A stretch of DNA of 63,028 nucleotides, the filler included, from Chiloscyllium plagiosum (taxonomy: Eukaryota): the NCBI RefSeq assembly GCF_004010195.1. It is 3 parts of one record of this genome, joined end to end, with 100 filler letters (N's around TTAATTAATTAA, not from the genome) between each part and the next. Parts side by side here need not be neighbours in the genome. Positions count along the whole stretch, not along the records: positions 1 to 23,731 come from NC_057714.1; 2 more parts are not named here. The stretch is one strand, 5' to 3'. Below the pieces are notes generated by a model. It had not been told where the DNA came from, searched no databases, and was given only the letters and a program-made list of their open reading frames with translations. Positions within the stretch are counted from its first letter, which is position 1, and the number at the start of each line of letters is the position of its first letter. This document shows, piece after piece, positions 1 through 12,230 of this stretch. The position numbers and the translations under genes are program-made.

Positions 1-360
1 ATCTCTGGGACTATTCGGAGGCCTATAGAAAACTCCCAGCATGGTGACTTCTCCTTTCCTGTTTCTAACCTCAGCCCATACTACCTCAGTTAACGAGTCC
101 CCAAACATCCTTTCTACAACTGTAATATTGTCCCTGATCAACAATGCCACACCTCCCCCTCTTTTACCATCATCTCTGTTCTTATTGAAACATCTGAATC
201 CTGGAACCTGCAACAGCCATTCCTGTCCCTGCTCTATCCATGTTTCCGTAATGGCCACAACATCGAAGTCCCAGGTACCAACCCACGCTGCCGATTCACC
301 CACTTTATTTCGGATGCTCCTCACGTTGAAGTACACACACTCCAAACCAGGTTCTCGCTT
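1..360 (-). mobile_element. CR1 LINE ORF2 5' end (APE endonuclease start), fragment
   Basis: The reverse strand reads like the start of a CR1 APE endonuclease (NVRSIRNKVGE..., DVVAITETW, RGGGVALL); it lies directly downstream of the CR1 ORF1 fragment. Confidence 0.8.
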
Positions 361-389
361 GTCAGTGTCAGATACTTGATTTTGGAACT

Positions 390-1111
390 CCCTACTCTCA
401 TTCTCTTCTGTACCTGTCCTACAATTTTGGTTCCCATTCCCCTGCTATGTTAGTTTAAATCCACCTTAATAGCTTTAGTGAATTTCCCACCCAGGATGTT
501 GGTATCCCTCTGGTTTAGATGAAGACCATCCTGCTTGTAGAGGTCCCACCTACCCCAGAAAGAGCTCCAATTATCTAAAAACCCGAAACCCTCCCTGTAG
601 CCACGTGTTCAACTCCTTTCTCTCCCTATTCCTCACCTCACTAGCACGTGGCACGGGCAGCAAACCAGAGAAAACAACTCTGTTTGTCCTAGCTCTAAGC
701 TTCCATCCTAGCTCCGTGAATTTCTGCTTCAAGTCCCCATCTCCCTTCCAACCTATGTCGTTGTTGCCAATGTGGACCACAACTTTGGGCTGCTCTCCCT
801 TCCCCCCGAAGGATCCCCAAAACATGATCAGAGACATCATGGACCCTGGCACCCAGGAGGCAACACACCAACTGAGAGTCTCTCTTGTCCCCACAGAACC
901 TCCTATCTGTCCCTCTAACTACCAAGTCCCCAATGACTACTGCTCTGCTCCTCTTCCCCCTTCCCTTCTGAGCAGCAGGTGCCCCACTGCTTTCCCCTGG
1001 TAAGTCATCCCCCCCCCAACAGTATCCAAAACGGTATAATTATTGTTGAGGGGAATGGCCACAGGGGATCCCTGCACTGCCTGCCGGTTCCCTTTCTGTC
1101 CCCTAACTGTC
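390..1111 (-). mobile_element. CR1 LINE ORF1 (SGNH/GDSL esterase-like) fragment
   Basis: ORFs 571-894 and 695-925 (-) contain VVRGTDRRFCG, VVVHIGNNDIG and VVFSGLLPVPRAS, typical of CR1 ORF1 esterase; frameshifted. Confidence 0.85.
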
Positions 1112-1479
1112 NNNNNNNNNNNNNNNNNNNNNNNNNNNNNNNNNNNNNNNNNNNNNNNNNNNNNNNNNNNNNNNNNNNNNNNNNNNNNNNNNNNNNNNNN
1201 NNNNNNNNNNNNNNNNNNNNNNNNNNNNNNNNNNNNNNNNNNNNNNNNNNNNNNNNNNNNNNNNNNNNNNNNNNNNNNNNNNNNNNNNNNNNNNNNNNNN
1301 NNNNNNNNNNNNNNNNNNNNNNNNNNNNNNNNNNNNNNNNNNNNNNNNNNNNNNNNNNNNNNNNNNNNNNNNNNNNNNNNNNNNNNNNNNNNNNNNNNNN
1401 NNNNNNNNNNNNNNNNNNNNNNNNNNNNNNNNNNNNNNNNNNNNNNNNNNNNNNNNNNNNNNNNNNNNNNNNNNNNNNT
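1112..1479. other. assembly gap
   Basis: Run of N. Confidence 1.
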
Positions 1480-3400
1480 AGGAGAGCTGTCTCACAGACC
1501 AGTCAAGCAACAGCCTGACATAGTTATACTTACGGAATCATACCTTACAGACAATGTCTCAGACACCATTATCACCATCCCTGGATATGTCCAGTCCCAC
1601 TAGCAGGACAGACCCAGCAGAGATGGCGGCACAGTGGTATACAGTTGGGAGGGAGTTGCCATGGGACTCCTCAACATTGACTCCAGATCACATGGAGTCT
1701 CATGGCTCATTAAACATGGGCAAGGAAACCTCCTGTTGATTACCATATACTGCCCTCCCTCAGCTGATGAATCAGTACTTCTCCATGTTGAACAACACTT
1801 GGAAGAAGCACTGAGAATGGCAAGGGCAAAAATGTACTCTGGGTGGGTGATTTCAATGTCCACCATCAAGAGTGGCTCAGCAACAATAATATTGATAGAG
1901 CTGGCTACATCCTAAAGGATATAGATGCGATACTGGGTCTGTGGCAGGTGGTGAGGAAACCAACAAGAGGGTAAAAACATACCTGACCTCATCCTTACCA
2001 ATTTACCAGCTGCAGATGTGTCTGTCCATCAGTAACAGCGACTACCACACAGCCCTTGTAGAGACAAAGTCCTGCCTTCACATTGAGAATAACCTCCATT
2101 GTGTTGTATGGTACTATCACTGTGTTAAATGGGACAGACTTCAAACAGATCGAGCAACTCAAGACTGGGCATCCATGAGGTGCTGTGGGCCATCAGTAGC
2201 AACAGAATTGTACACCAGCACAATCTGTAATCTCATGGCCTGGCAAACTCCCCACTTAACCATTAACCATCAAGCCAGGGGATCAACCCTGATTGAATGG
2301 AGAGTGTAGGAGGGCATGCCAAGAGCAGCAGCTTAAGATGAGGTGTCAAGCTGGTGAATACACCAAACAGGATTTCAGGAAAGCCAAACAGCATAAGCAG
2401 CTAGTGATATGTAGAGCTAAGCGATCCCACAAGCAATGGATCAGATCAAAGGTCTGCAGACCTGCCACATCCAGTCATGAATGGTGGTAGACGATTAAAC
2501 AACTTACTGGAGGAGGATGCTTCACAAACATTCCCAACCTCAATGATGGAAGAGCCCATCACATCAGTGCAATAGGTAAGGCTGAAGATTTTGCAGTAAT
2601 CATCAGCAAGAAATGCTGAGTGGATGATCCATCTCAGCTTCATGCAGACAATATCTATGTTTGGGTTGACAAATAGCAAGTAATATTTGCGCCACACAAA
2701 TGACAGACTATGACCGTCACCAATAAGAGACAATCTAACCATTGCCCCTTGACACTGTTACTATCACTGAATCCCCCACTGTCAACATCCTGAGGGTTAA
2801 CATTGACCAGAAACTCAACTGTACTCACCACATAAACCCATTGGCTACAAGAGCAGCTTAGAGGCTAGGAATACTGAGGCAAGTAACACACCTTCTAAAC
2901 CCAAAGCCTGTCCACCATCTACAAAGCATAAGTCAGGATTGTGATGGAATACTCCCCACTTGCCTGGATGGGTGCAGCCTCAACTACACTCAAGAAACTT
3001 GTCACCATCCAGGACATAGCAGTCCACTGATTGGCAGTATATCCACCACCGATGCTCAGTAGAGATGCACTGCAGAAATTCATCAAAGATCATCAGACAG
3101 CATCTTCCAACCCATGACCATTTCCATCTAGAAGGATAAGAGCACCAGATATATAAGAATACCACTATTTTCGAGTTCCCCTCTAAGCCACTCGCCATCC
3201 TGACTTGGAAATATATTGCTGACCCTTCATTGTCACTGAGTCAAAATCCTGGAATTCCTTCCCTAACGGCATTGTGGGTTAACCCACAGGAGGTGGACTG
3301 CAGTGGTTCAAGAAAGCAGCTCATCACCACTTTCTCAAGGGCAACTAGGGATGGGCAATAAATGCGGGCCAGTCACATCCCCCAAAATGAATAAATAAAA
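1480..3400 (+). mobile_element. Degenerate CR1/L2-group LINE (APE, ORF2 3' end and 3' UTR), RT core internally deleted
   Basis: QQPDIVILTESYL...IPGY APE motif; ends in AAATGAATAAATAAAA; related 3' copy at 26560-27670; many stops. Confidence 0.75.
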
Positions 3401-4029
3401 CAAAAGCCCATGCTTCTGCACCAAATTCATGAGCAGAGGGTAGGCTGCTTGCCCAGGTGTTCAACTGATGCCTTGAAGTGCTAAATAATGCCTCATCCAC
3501 TGCATCACTGTTTTAATTTAATAAGTGACAGGCAGAGGTCTGCACTTGACATACAACCCAGTGAAAGTCTGAGGGACAGACTTTGAGGTTGAGATTGAGG
3601 TTTCTAAAGCTCAGGTGACAATTGGGGCTTTCCTCCTGCCCTCCAATTTTCACTTCAGTATCCACCCAATGCCTGGAGAATGATGGAAATCTCGTCTCCT
3701 AACTGTTTAATTCCCATCAGCTGTAATAGTAAAGTCAGTGCAGCAGAAGTGGACTCACACTCAACTCTTTTGCTGGGGTTTGGAGGTAGGTGGGAGCTCA
3801 TCTTCACTGTGGAATCCCACTATATTTGTTCCAGCCACAAACAGTTAGTTAGCCTAATAATGTATATTTCTTATTTTTTAAAATGTGATGATTGTTTTTG
3901 TCTCTTTTATCCTTTCAGGCCATGAGTTCCAAATTCTCACAACCCTCTGCGTGAAGTCTTCCTTTCAACTTTGTTATCATCTTTTGGCCAATAAATATAA
4001 AGCCTTTGACACAAAACTTTGAATAACTG

Positions 4030-4790
4030 TGAGAAGTACAGTGTGGCATTCCAAAGGACATTAACAAATTGGTGGAGTGGGAGATAGGTGACAGATGAGG
4101 TTCAATGCAGAGAAGTGTGAGGTGATGCACTTTTGCAGGAAGAACATTCAAAAACTAATAAAGTGGGGTGTACAACTCTAAAGGGTTTGAAGGTGCAGAG
4201 ATACCTGTGTGTATATGTGCACAGATCATTAAAGGTGACAGGTCAGGTGGAAAGCACAATAAATAAAGCACACAATATCCTCAGCTTTATTAATAGGGTC
4301 TTAGAGTACAAGAGCAAGGGGGTGATGTTAAACTTGTATAAAACATTTTTTCGACTTCAGCTGGAGTATTGTATACAGCTACATTATAGGAAAAATGTGA
4401 AGGCATTGGAGAGCTTGCAGGAGTGATTTAGAAGAATGGTTCCAAGAATGGGAAATTTCAGTTATGACATTAGATTGATGAAGTTGGGACTGTTCTCCTT
4501 GAAGAGAAGAAGGTTTAGAGGAGTTTTGATAGATGCTTTCAAAATCATGTGTGGACTGAACAGAGTAAAGTGGGAGAAGCTATTCTTGCTCATAAAAAGA
4601 ACAAGAAAGAAAGGACATAGATTTAAAGTGATGTGCAAAAGAAGCAACGGTGATGTGAGAAAAGACTGTTTCACACAGCAAGTAATTAGGGTATGGAATG
4701 TACTGACTGGAAATGTAGTGGAGGCAGGCTCAACTGAGGTATTCAGAAGGGCATAGAAATAATATGCAAAGCTATCAGGAAAAATACAAA
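4030..4790 (+). mobile_element. CR1 LINE 3' fragment
   Basis: LEYCIQ, LGLFSLKRRRFRG and FTQQVIRVWN C-terminal CR1 ORF2 motifs. Confidence 0.85.
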
Positions 4791-4825
4791 TGTGGTCTTA
4801 CTATAGAGTTGTACAGCTGTATAGT

Positions 4826-5148
4826 GGGCGGCACAGTGGCACAGTGGTTACCACTGCTGTCTCACAGCGCCAAGGACCCGGGTTCAATTCCCGCCTCAGG
4901 CAACCGACTGTGTGGAATTTGCACATTCTCCCTGTGTCTGTGTGGGTTTCTTCCGGGTGCTCCGGTTTCCTCCCACAGTCCAAAAAAAAATGTGCAGGTG
5001 AGGTGAATTGGCCATGCTAAATTGCCTGTAGTGTGAGGTGAAGGGGTAAATGTAGGGGAATGGGTCTGGATGGGTTGCGCTTCGGCGGGTCAGTGTGGAC
5101 TTGTTGGGCCAAAGGGTTTGTTTCCACACTGTAAGTAATCTAATCTAA
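4826..5148 (+). mobile_element. HE1-type tRNA-derived SINE, full length
   Basis: tRNA-like head (GGCACAGTGGTTA A-box, GGTTCAATTCC B-box), central GGGTTTCTTCCGGGTGCTCCGGTTTCCTCCCACAGTCC domain and (TAATC)n tail. Confidence 0.92.
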
Positions 5149-5149
5149 A

Positions 5150-5365
5150 CATGATGTCTCAACTCCTTTGCTCATTGCTCTGACTGCTGAAAGCAAATGT
5201 ACCAAATGCCTTCTTCACCACAGGCAACTCCACTTTCAAGGAATTATCTACCTGCTTCCCTAGATCTCTATGTTCCACAATGCTCCCCAGGCCTGTACCA
5301 TTAACTGTGTAAGTCTTGCTCTGGTTTGTCTTAACAAAATACAAAACCTTGCATTTATCTGATTA
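5150..5365 (-). mobile_element. CR1 LINE fragment
   Basis: ORF 5159-5344 (-) has LGSIVEHRDLG...SLKVE...VVKKAFG. Confidence 0.75.
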
Positions 5366-5451
5366 ATCCATGTCTTTCTAAATGACTATCAATACTTTCT
5401 AAGAACTTTCCCAAGACTTGATGTAACGACCTGTTCTTTGGTTCCCTACAG

Positions 5452-5540
5452 ATGGATTTTTGCAATGTTTGTGTGGCACTTATTGGGCCTGTTTGAAACA
5501 GGACCAATCTTCATCTGATGGCTGTACCTTGGCAAATGAA
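5452..5540 (+). CDS. Putative exon A of an uncharacterised host gene (Cys-rich N-terminal segment)
   Basis: Acceptor ttggttccctacag, donor GAA|gtaatg. One frame is open: (D)GFLQCLCGTYWACLKQDQSSSDGCTLANE, ending phase 0 and compatible with exon C. Confidence 0.55.
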
Positions 5541-5706
5541 GTAATGCTGTCCCATTTTCTATATCAGATTCACTGTCATCTTAACTTTCACTCTAACAAT
5601 CATGCTGGTAGGTTAGCATCTGTTTAAGTGTCATGCCAAGGTATTTTAAACTTGAGTCATGTGTGAGTGGTTGGCCACTAAACCAAGCATGAAGTTCTTT
5701 CAGTAA

Positions 5707-6155
5707 TAGAGTCATAGAGATGTACAGCACGGAAACAGACCCTTCGGTCCAACTCATCCATGCCGACCAGATATCCTAAACTAATCTAGTCCCATTTGCC
5801 AGCACTTGGCCCACATTCCTCTAAACCCTTCCTATTCATATACCAATCCAGATGCTAGTACATATTGTAATTGTACCCGCATCCATCACTTCCTCTGGCA
5901 GTTCATTCCAAACATGCACCCTCTGAATGTAAAGTTGCCCCTTGGGTCCCTTTTTAATCTTTCCCCTCTAGTTCCCTCTAGTTCTGGATTCACCCAGCCC
6001 AGGAAAAAGACCTTATCTATTTATCTATCCATGCCCCTCATGATTTTATAAACTTCCGTAAGGTCACCCCTCAGCCTCCAATGTTCTAGGGAAAACAGCC
6101 CCAGCCTATTCAGCCGCTCCTTATAACTCAAACCCTCCAACCCTGGCAACATCAT
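5707..6155 (-). mobile_element. CR1 LINE 3' end
   Basis: Reverse complement of the CR1 ORF2 C-terminus and 3' UTR ending in ...CTATGACTCTA. Confidence 0.85.
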
Positions 6156-7169
6156 TGGGTTTTTTGAAGGGAAAGCCGAAATGGCAGCCTTTGCAGAATT
6201 TGGTCAAAATTACCAATCTCTCAACTAGGCTTCAAGAGAATATAAATCTTCCATTGAGTGATTTGTTAATATCCTGGAACTCTTCAGCCTCGAAAGCCAA
6301 GACCCAAGTAGTAAGAATATGAGAAGAACCATGACTTTGTGGGTATGGAGCCTATGGGTAGATGTACTGAAGAAAACCAACTCAGGATCTGATCTCTGTG
6401 AAATCCTGTTGTTGGTAATGTGGGCATAGTTGATTTGAAAGCCAAGATGCATAGAAAATTGTCAGTTGCTGATTGTGGAGTTAATTAATTGTGAGGTTTT
6501 CACACAGTAGTACTGTGCATTGACATTGTAATTGGCCTGGGATACATCAACAAATGCATGTATTATTTCTGCAATGTTGAAGCTAAATTAACTTGAGCAG
6601 TTTCCTGTGCTGGGCTACATTGAACCTGATATCCACATTGAAAACATCCCATCCCACTCAAACAACACCACTGACTGACAGCTAACAAAACACTCCGAAT
6701 GACAAATAAACAAAAACGATGCGTGAATCCGATGACCTTTAGTCATTACTGTAAGTCTCTATCCCCAATGAACTGATGAAGGCCCTGCCATTTGATGACA
6801 TACATCATAGTTAACTACAAATGTCACCAACTGCAAGCTGGTAACTGATCTGAGTGGCAAAGACCCAGGTTTCAACTTTCTTCAGAAAATCCAGACAACC
6901 CTCAAGTATTGAAGGACAGGCCTGGATGATTGCTCCCCAAGTAGAAGAGCTCAAATTCGGAGTCAGACTGCTGACTGCATACTGAACCCCTGTGTGTGAG
7001 ATCCGTTTTTGGTGGCGTCACAACCATGAGAGCAGAAGCTGTTGGTAACCTTGACATTGAACATTAGCTGCTTCTCCAGCCATACAAAAATATATCTCTT
7101 TGTCTACCCCTTAATTTCATGGTATAATGTTCACAGTCCTCCAGACCTCTGGCACTACACCTGTAGCCA

Positions 7170-7665
7170 GAATTGGAAAATGATAGTCAGAGCCTCTGCT
7201 GTTTTCTCTCTTGTTTCTCTTCGCAGCCTGGGATATGTTTCATCTTGGCATAATGAATTGCTGCTAATTGAGTCAAATAGCACAGAAACAGACCTTTGGT
7301 CCAACTTGTCCATACCAACTAAGTTTCCCAAAATAAATGAGTCCCACTTGCCTCTATTTGGCCCATGTCCCACTAACCCTTTCCTATTCATGTACCTATC
7401 CAAATGTCTTCTAAATGTTGTAACTGTACCTGCATCTACCATTTCCTCTGGCTGATCATTCCACATACAAACCACCCTCTGTGTGAAAAAGCTGCTCAGT
7501 CCCTTTAAACCTTCCTCCTTTCATATATGCTCCTTAGTTTTGAACATCCTCACCCTAGGGAAAAGACCTTTGCTATTCACCTTATCTATGCACCTCATGA
7601 TTTTATAAATCTCTATAAAAATCCCCTCAATCTCCAACACTCCAGTGAAAAAAGTCCCAGCCTAT
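7170..7665 (-). mobile_element. CR1 LINE 3' end plus adjoining RT fragment
   Basis: ORF 7155-7475 (-) has VCMWNDQPEEMVDAGTVTTFRRHLDRYMNRKG. Confidence 0.85.
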
Positions 7666-8548
7666 GATTGATGCTAAATGCTTTAATATTCACTTCTGGA
7701 CTGTGTTTGCAGCATCTGACATTTCACTCTCCTCCTCAAATACAAAGTCTGCTTTGTCTTGTTTGGGAAGACAAGGCTGCTATTCCTACTGTTCCTTAAG
7801 CCATGTTTCAGTAATCAGCATGATATCACATTTCCAAGTGTCTATCTGTGCCCTCGGCTCAACTGCCTTATTTAATATAATCCTCCCACCAAACTATACA
7901 CCACTGAAGACTTTGATTTTTGTCCACATTCCAGTCTTTGTTTTCTCTGCTACTTTCTAATTTTTCATAGCTACTTTCTAATTTTCTATCATCTACTTTC
8001 AACTTTGCTCCTTTAACTCTGGTTCCTATTTTCCTGACAAAAGAGTTTCAGGAGAGAGAACAGAATTAACAAATCTCCTCACAAGGACATTGGTTCCAGC
8101 TCTGTTGAGGTGTAAGCCATTTAACTTATGCATGTGCCACCTCCTCCAGATTGTAATGCCCCAGGAATCTAAAGCTGTCCTTTACTGCACCATCACTCCA
8201 ATCGTGTCTTCATCTCCGCTATTCTCCTTGATGATAATATTCCATGCTCGTGGTTATTCAGCACATACTTCCCACATGGCACATAAGGTGCATTCAGTGG
8301 GACCTAAATGCTCTGCCATGCTGTCCCTCTATTGTTTAGATGAGTAGCTTAACTTACAAAAATAAATTTAATATTTGATTATTTGATCTAGTTCAAGTTC
8401 AATGTGGTTAAATTAAAATTTTGAGTGTAACCTATCTCTACATAACATCTACGTGGTGCAATTTCTTCCTTATTTACTAAATTTTACTACTGCATTTACT
8501 ATATTGCTTTCATAAACTTCCTTGGTGTTTGTTTTATTCATTCTGCAG

Positions 8549-8591
8549 ATTCAATGCAGTTATTAGGATTCAATCTGAGCCCTTTTATGAA
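8549..8591 (+). CDS. Putative 43-nt exon B (possibly alternative) of the host gene
   Basis: Acceptor ttttattcattctgcag, donor GAA|gtgagt; reads FNAVIRIQSEPFYE in the frame that continues into exon C. Confidence 0.5.
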
Positions 8592-8691
8592 GTGAGTTGT
8601 GTTGTGTTCCAAGAAGTAATTTTTTTTCTGCATGGAAATTAAGGATAAGTGATAATATTATGTGGTAAAGATTTGTCTTCTTTCTTTGCAG

Positions 8692-8746
8692 CAAGAGCCT
8701 CTGATGATTCCACAGTCTGCACGACAATTGCGACGTCCAACAGAAG
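8692..8746 (+). CDS. Exon C of uncharacterised host gene (si:ch73-345f18.3-like, from memory)
   Basis: Acceptor tcttctttctttgcag, donor AG|gtacat; encodes QEPLMIPQSARQLRRPTE and ends phase 1, matching exon D. Confidence 0.72.
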
Positions 8747-9626
8747 GTACATTTTGTTACTACCTTATTTGTGTTGTTCAGCCTTGTTACTTTCCCATGC
8801 CCTCTGTCTGGTTACTAAACAACATGCGTGATTATTTAGTAGACTAGCCAACAAGCTGAGGTCATGTTTCCATTTTTAGCTTTTCAATACTACTGGATTT
8901 CATCTTTCTTTCTCCTTAAAGCCAAATTAAGAATAATAAACTTGGCTTTGTGGAATGCTTCAATCTGTGGTTATATTTTCTGGAGTGAGGCAAATTGAGT
9001 GGATTATTTTAGGGAAACAATATGATTTCACGTCAGGCAAATGTAATCTTCGAATGTGTAAATTTTTCTGTCATTTAATTTGGAAACCTTTAGACATAAT
9101 TACTTGGATTTTGAGACGGAGTAATGTTGACACAATGAGTAGACACCATTATTATGGAACAGTTTGGACAGCCCATTCCATACATTTGCAGTTCAACACA
9201 CAACTCCGGAAGGTGCTGCCTGATTTGCTCTGCTCCTTCACATGTTTTGTTAGGCTAGTACCTTATTACCTTGGAATTGGAAACATGAAGGTGTGACGTT
9301 GTAGTTGAACTTACTCACTGGTTACCATTGAAAGATCCTCAGATGGGAATCTGCAATTTGTGGCTCACAGATAGATCTTGAAAGACTCACTTGCATCACT
9401 CAATCTTTTGCATTTGAATAGCATTATAATGGGAAAGGACTAAAAATAATTAGTCAAGTAAGGTAAGAGCTATGTTCTCATTGTGGAGATAAAACTCTGA
9501 TCATCATGCTGCACTTTATGTTTTCAATAGATTATTTGAATGAAAAGCATCATAGATTGCTAAATTAACCTGTTCATGTGAAATAGCTATGTCATGATCA
9601 TTGATAATAGGCAGAATGTTATGGAA

Positions 9627-9714
9627 TGGAAATGTGTTGCTGGAGAAGCGCAGCAGGTCAGGCAGCATCTAGGGAACAGGAGAATCGACGTTTCGGACAT
9701 TAGCCCTTCTTCAG
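9627..9714 (-). mobile_element. 88-bp PLE family A mini-element with hammerhead core (9687-9714)
   Basis: 13-bp direct repeat GAATGTTATGGAA at 9614-9626 and 9715-9727. Minus strand reads CTGAAGA-A-GGGCTAATGTCC-GAAAC-GTC. Confidence 0.8.
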
Positions 9715-10486
9715 GAATGTTATGGAAGTCTGAGCAATGTAGGCTATGGAGGAATTTGTGGCAGAATTGGGTGAGAGGTTTGGCAAGGTCTCTCTCCACA
9801 CCGGGAGCATCTTGCTCCACCTTTAATGATTTGGACAAATGGCATGGCACTTTTCTTGCTGGGCAGTGGCAAGTTGTCAATGAGGGGAATTATTGCCTGT
9901 CAAATGCCGGTTAATAGCACAGTTTGCCTCATTAATATTCAGCTCCCTATCTTTCCAAAGATACCAAACAAGTTAGACATAGAGAAGATTCAACATGGAA
10001 ATCAGATCAAGTGGATACCCATCAAATTCAGCTTGTTGCTTGTTTTGGGACCTCTATGTTGAAGTCCGGGTACCAACATCTCAGGGCATTCACCATGGAT
10101 ACTGGCCACACACACGGACCAACTCCATGGATATTGATATCCAATATGCTTCTAAGGACCATAACAGGAAATTTCAAGCAATATATTTCTGCACTTCAAT
10201 GCTTCACCAACTACTGTCATTTTAATGCTGATGCAAGGATTCTGTGTGCTGAGGGATATACACTCAACTTACAGACTGGACCAGGCTGTATCTTGGGCTC
10301 TTTGCTTGGTGTTACAGCACTCACTCTAATTACCTGAATGCTTGCAGCTTCCCTGACTTGCACTGCCTTGCATCATCTTTTACAGTTTTGCTCAGGCACC
10401 CTGGCATAGTAAGTCAAGGACAATCTCCAATGTCAGACCACAGCTTGGACAGAGTCAGTCAGTCATACAGGGTAGTCAGAGTCATG

Positions 10487-10832
10487 GCGGCACGGTGGCT
10501 CAGTGGTTAGTACTGCTGCCTCACAGCACCAGGGACCCAGGTTTGATTCCAGTGTCGGGTGTCTGTCTGTGCACAGTTTGCATATTCTCCATGTCTGTGT
10601 GGGTTTCTTCCGGTTGCTCCGATTTCCTCTACAATCCAAAGATGTGCAGGTTAGGTTAATTGGCCGTGCTAAATTGCCCATAGTGTTCAGAGATATGTAA
10701 GTTAGGTGCATGAGTCAGGAGTGCATGTAGACTAATAGGGTCGGGGAATGAGTCTGGGAGGGTTACTCTTCGGAGGATCGGTGTGGGGCTGTTGGGCCAA
10801 ATGGCTTGTTTCCACACTGTAGGGATTCTATG
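10487..10832 (+). mobile_element. HE1-type SINE (older variant)
   Basis: tRNA head, central domain and CR1-like ...TTCTATGA tail. Confidence 0.88.
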
Positions 10833-11052
10833 ACATTTCTATGAAAGGATCCTCTCTGCATGAAGGGTGGGGAGTCAAATGATGGACAGCATGCCACCTG
10901 TCTTGACTTTTTTTTCTCCTATTATGAGCTAAATTCCTTCTGGAAAGAGAAAAGGCAGGAATTAAGGGAGCTGAAAGTGTGTGGTGCAGGTGTTACTTTT
11001 GGTACAGGTGGGCAGATGTCCTGAATGAGTGAATAGACAATACCGAGGATAT

Positions 11053-11270
11053 GCTGAAAACGTGTTGCTGGAAAAGCGCAGCAGGTCAGGCAGCATCCAA
11101 GGAGCAGGAGAATCGACGTTTCGGGCATGAGCCCTTCTTCAGGAATCTGAAGAAGGGCTCATGCCCGAAACGTCGATTCTCCTGCTCCTTTGATGCTGCC
11201 TGACCTGCTGCGCTTTTCCAGCAATGCATTTTCAGCTCTGATCTCCAGCATCTGCAGTTCTCACTTTCTT
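11053..11270. mobile_element. PLE family A hairpin element with two back-to-back hammerheads
   Basis: Inverted arms; cores at 11115-11142 (-) and 11147-11174 (+); near-perfect TSD CAATAC[C/A]GAGGATAT at 11038-11052 and 11271-11285. Confidence 0.85.
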
Positions 11271-11442
11271 CAATACAGAGGATATGCAGGGGTAGTGGCC
11301 TTAGGGTTTGGATGGGTGACACCGAGTGAAGAAAGATGATGCCAGCAATATTGACAGTGGTAGAGCATGAGCCTTGGTGAGTGGTGGGTACAGCAGCAGA
11401 AATAGAGTTAGTATGAGGTATTGAAGAGAAGATGGTGATACC

Positions 11443-11630
11443 CACGCTGACAGAGTGGAAGAGGTCATTGACCTTTTTGCTAAATTGCTGGACACCCCTT
11501 CAGTCAACTGCAACTGTTCTAACCCAGGTGGCAGCCTCAGACCAGGCTGGCATGGTCTGGTGTTATGGTCTTGCCTGCTGGTTCAGCAGGACCTCCAGAA
11601 TCCTATCCACAAATTGGGGTGCCAATATCC
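11443..11630 (-). mobile_element. PIF/Harbinger ORF2-like Myb/SANT domain relic
   Basis: Minus strand reads APQFVDRILEVLL...QTMPAWSEAATWV...QFSKKVNDLFHS, with internal stops. Confidence 0.6.
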
Positions 11631-11804
11631 TCTGGCCTGTCATGTCCAGTAAAAATCTAGAAGGGCAGCTCTGGACTGAGAGTGCTTTTTCAGATGCAAT
11701 TAGGCTTTTAAGGATGAGAATTGCAAGAAATGACAGGATATTTTAACAGTGTTGAGTTCTTTCAGGACCAGTGTGTGATAAATTGGGGTTACAATCTGAC
11801 ACAA

Positions 11805-12230
11805 TTGATCCCCTTCCCCCACCTCACCCCATTCCAACCTTCCAGCTCAGCACCATCCCCATGACCTGTCCTACCTGCCTATCTTCTTTTCCACCTATCC
11901 ACTCCACCCTCCTCTCTGGCCTATCACATTCATCCCCACCCCCATTGTACTCTTTGCTACCTTCCCCCACCCTCCTCTCTGACCTATCACCTCCATCCCT
12001 ACCCCCATTCACCTATTGTATTCTATGCTACTTTCTCCACACCCCCACACCTCTCTCATTTATCTCTCCACTCTGCAGGTAGCCTGCCTCTATTCCTGAT
12101 GAAGTGCTTTTGCCTGAAACATCAATTTTTCTGCTCTTTGATGCTGCCTGACCTGCTGTGCTTTTCCAGCACCACTCTAATCTAGACTCTGGCTTCCAGC
12201 ATCTGCAGACCTCATTTTTACCTCGTTGAT
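11805..12230 (+). mobile_element. PLE family A 3' region with decayed hammerhead (12096-12123)
   Basis: C-rich 3' UTR similar to 18510-18720; CTGATGA...GAAACATC core; family A tail. Confidence 0.75.

Noticed and set aside
979..1603. Long ORFs spanning 979-1603
   Set aside because: Artefacts of translating through the N gap.
4826..4900. tRNA-like sequences with A/B boxes
   Set aside because: SINE heads continuing into the SINE body; not standalone tRNA genes.
5494..5496. In-frame TGA as possible selenocysteine
   Set aside because: No SECIS is visible, the 3' UTR is not in the window, and simpler explanations exist (uORF, other frame).
6160..7030. Possible Gypsy gag/pol relic
   Set aside because: Too decayed; no motif I can defend.
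11053..11270. Palindromic elements as DNA-transposon MITEs or CRISPR-like repeats
   Set aside because: Long variable TSDs, asymmetric tails, hammerhead cores and linkage to a GIY-YIG ORF indicate PLE retroelements; there is no repeat-spacer array.
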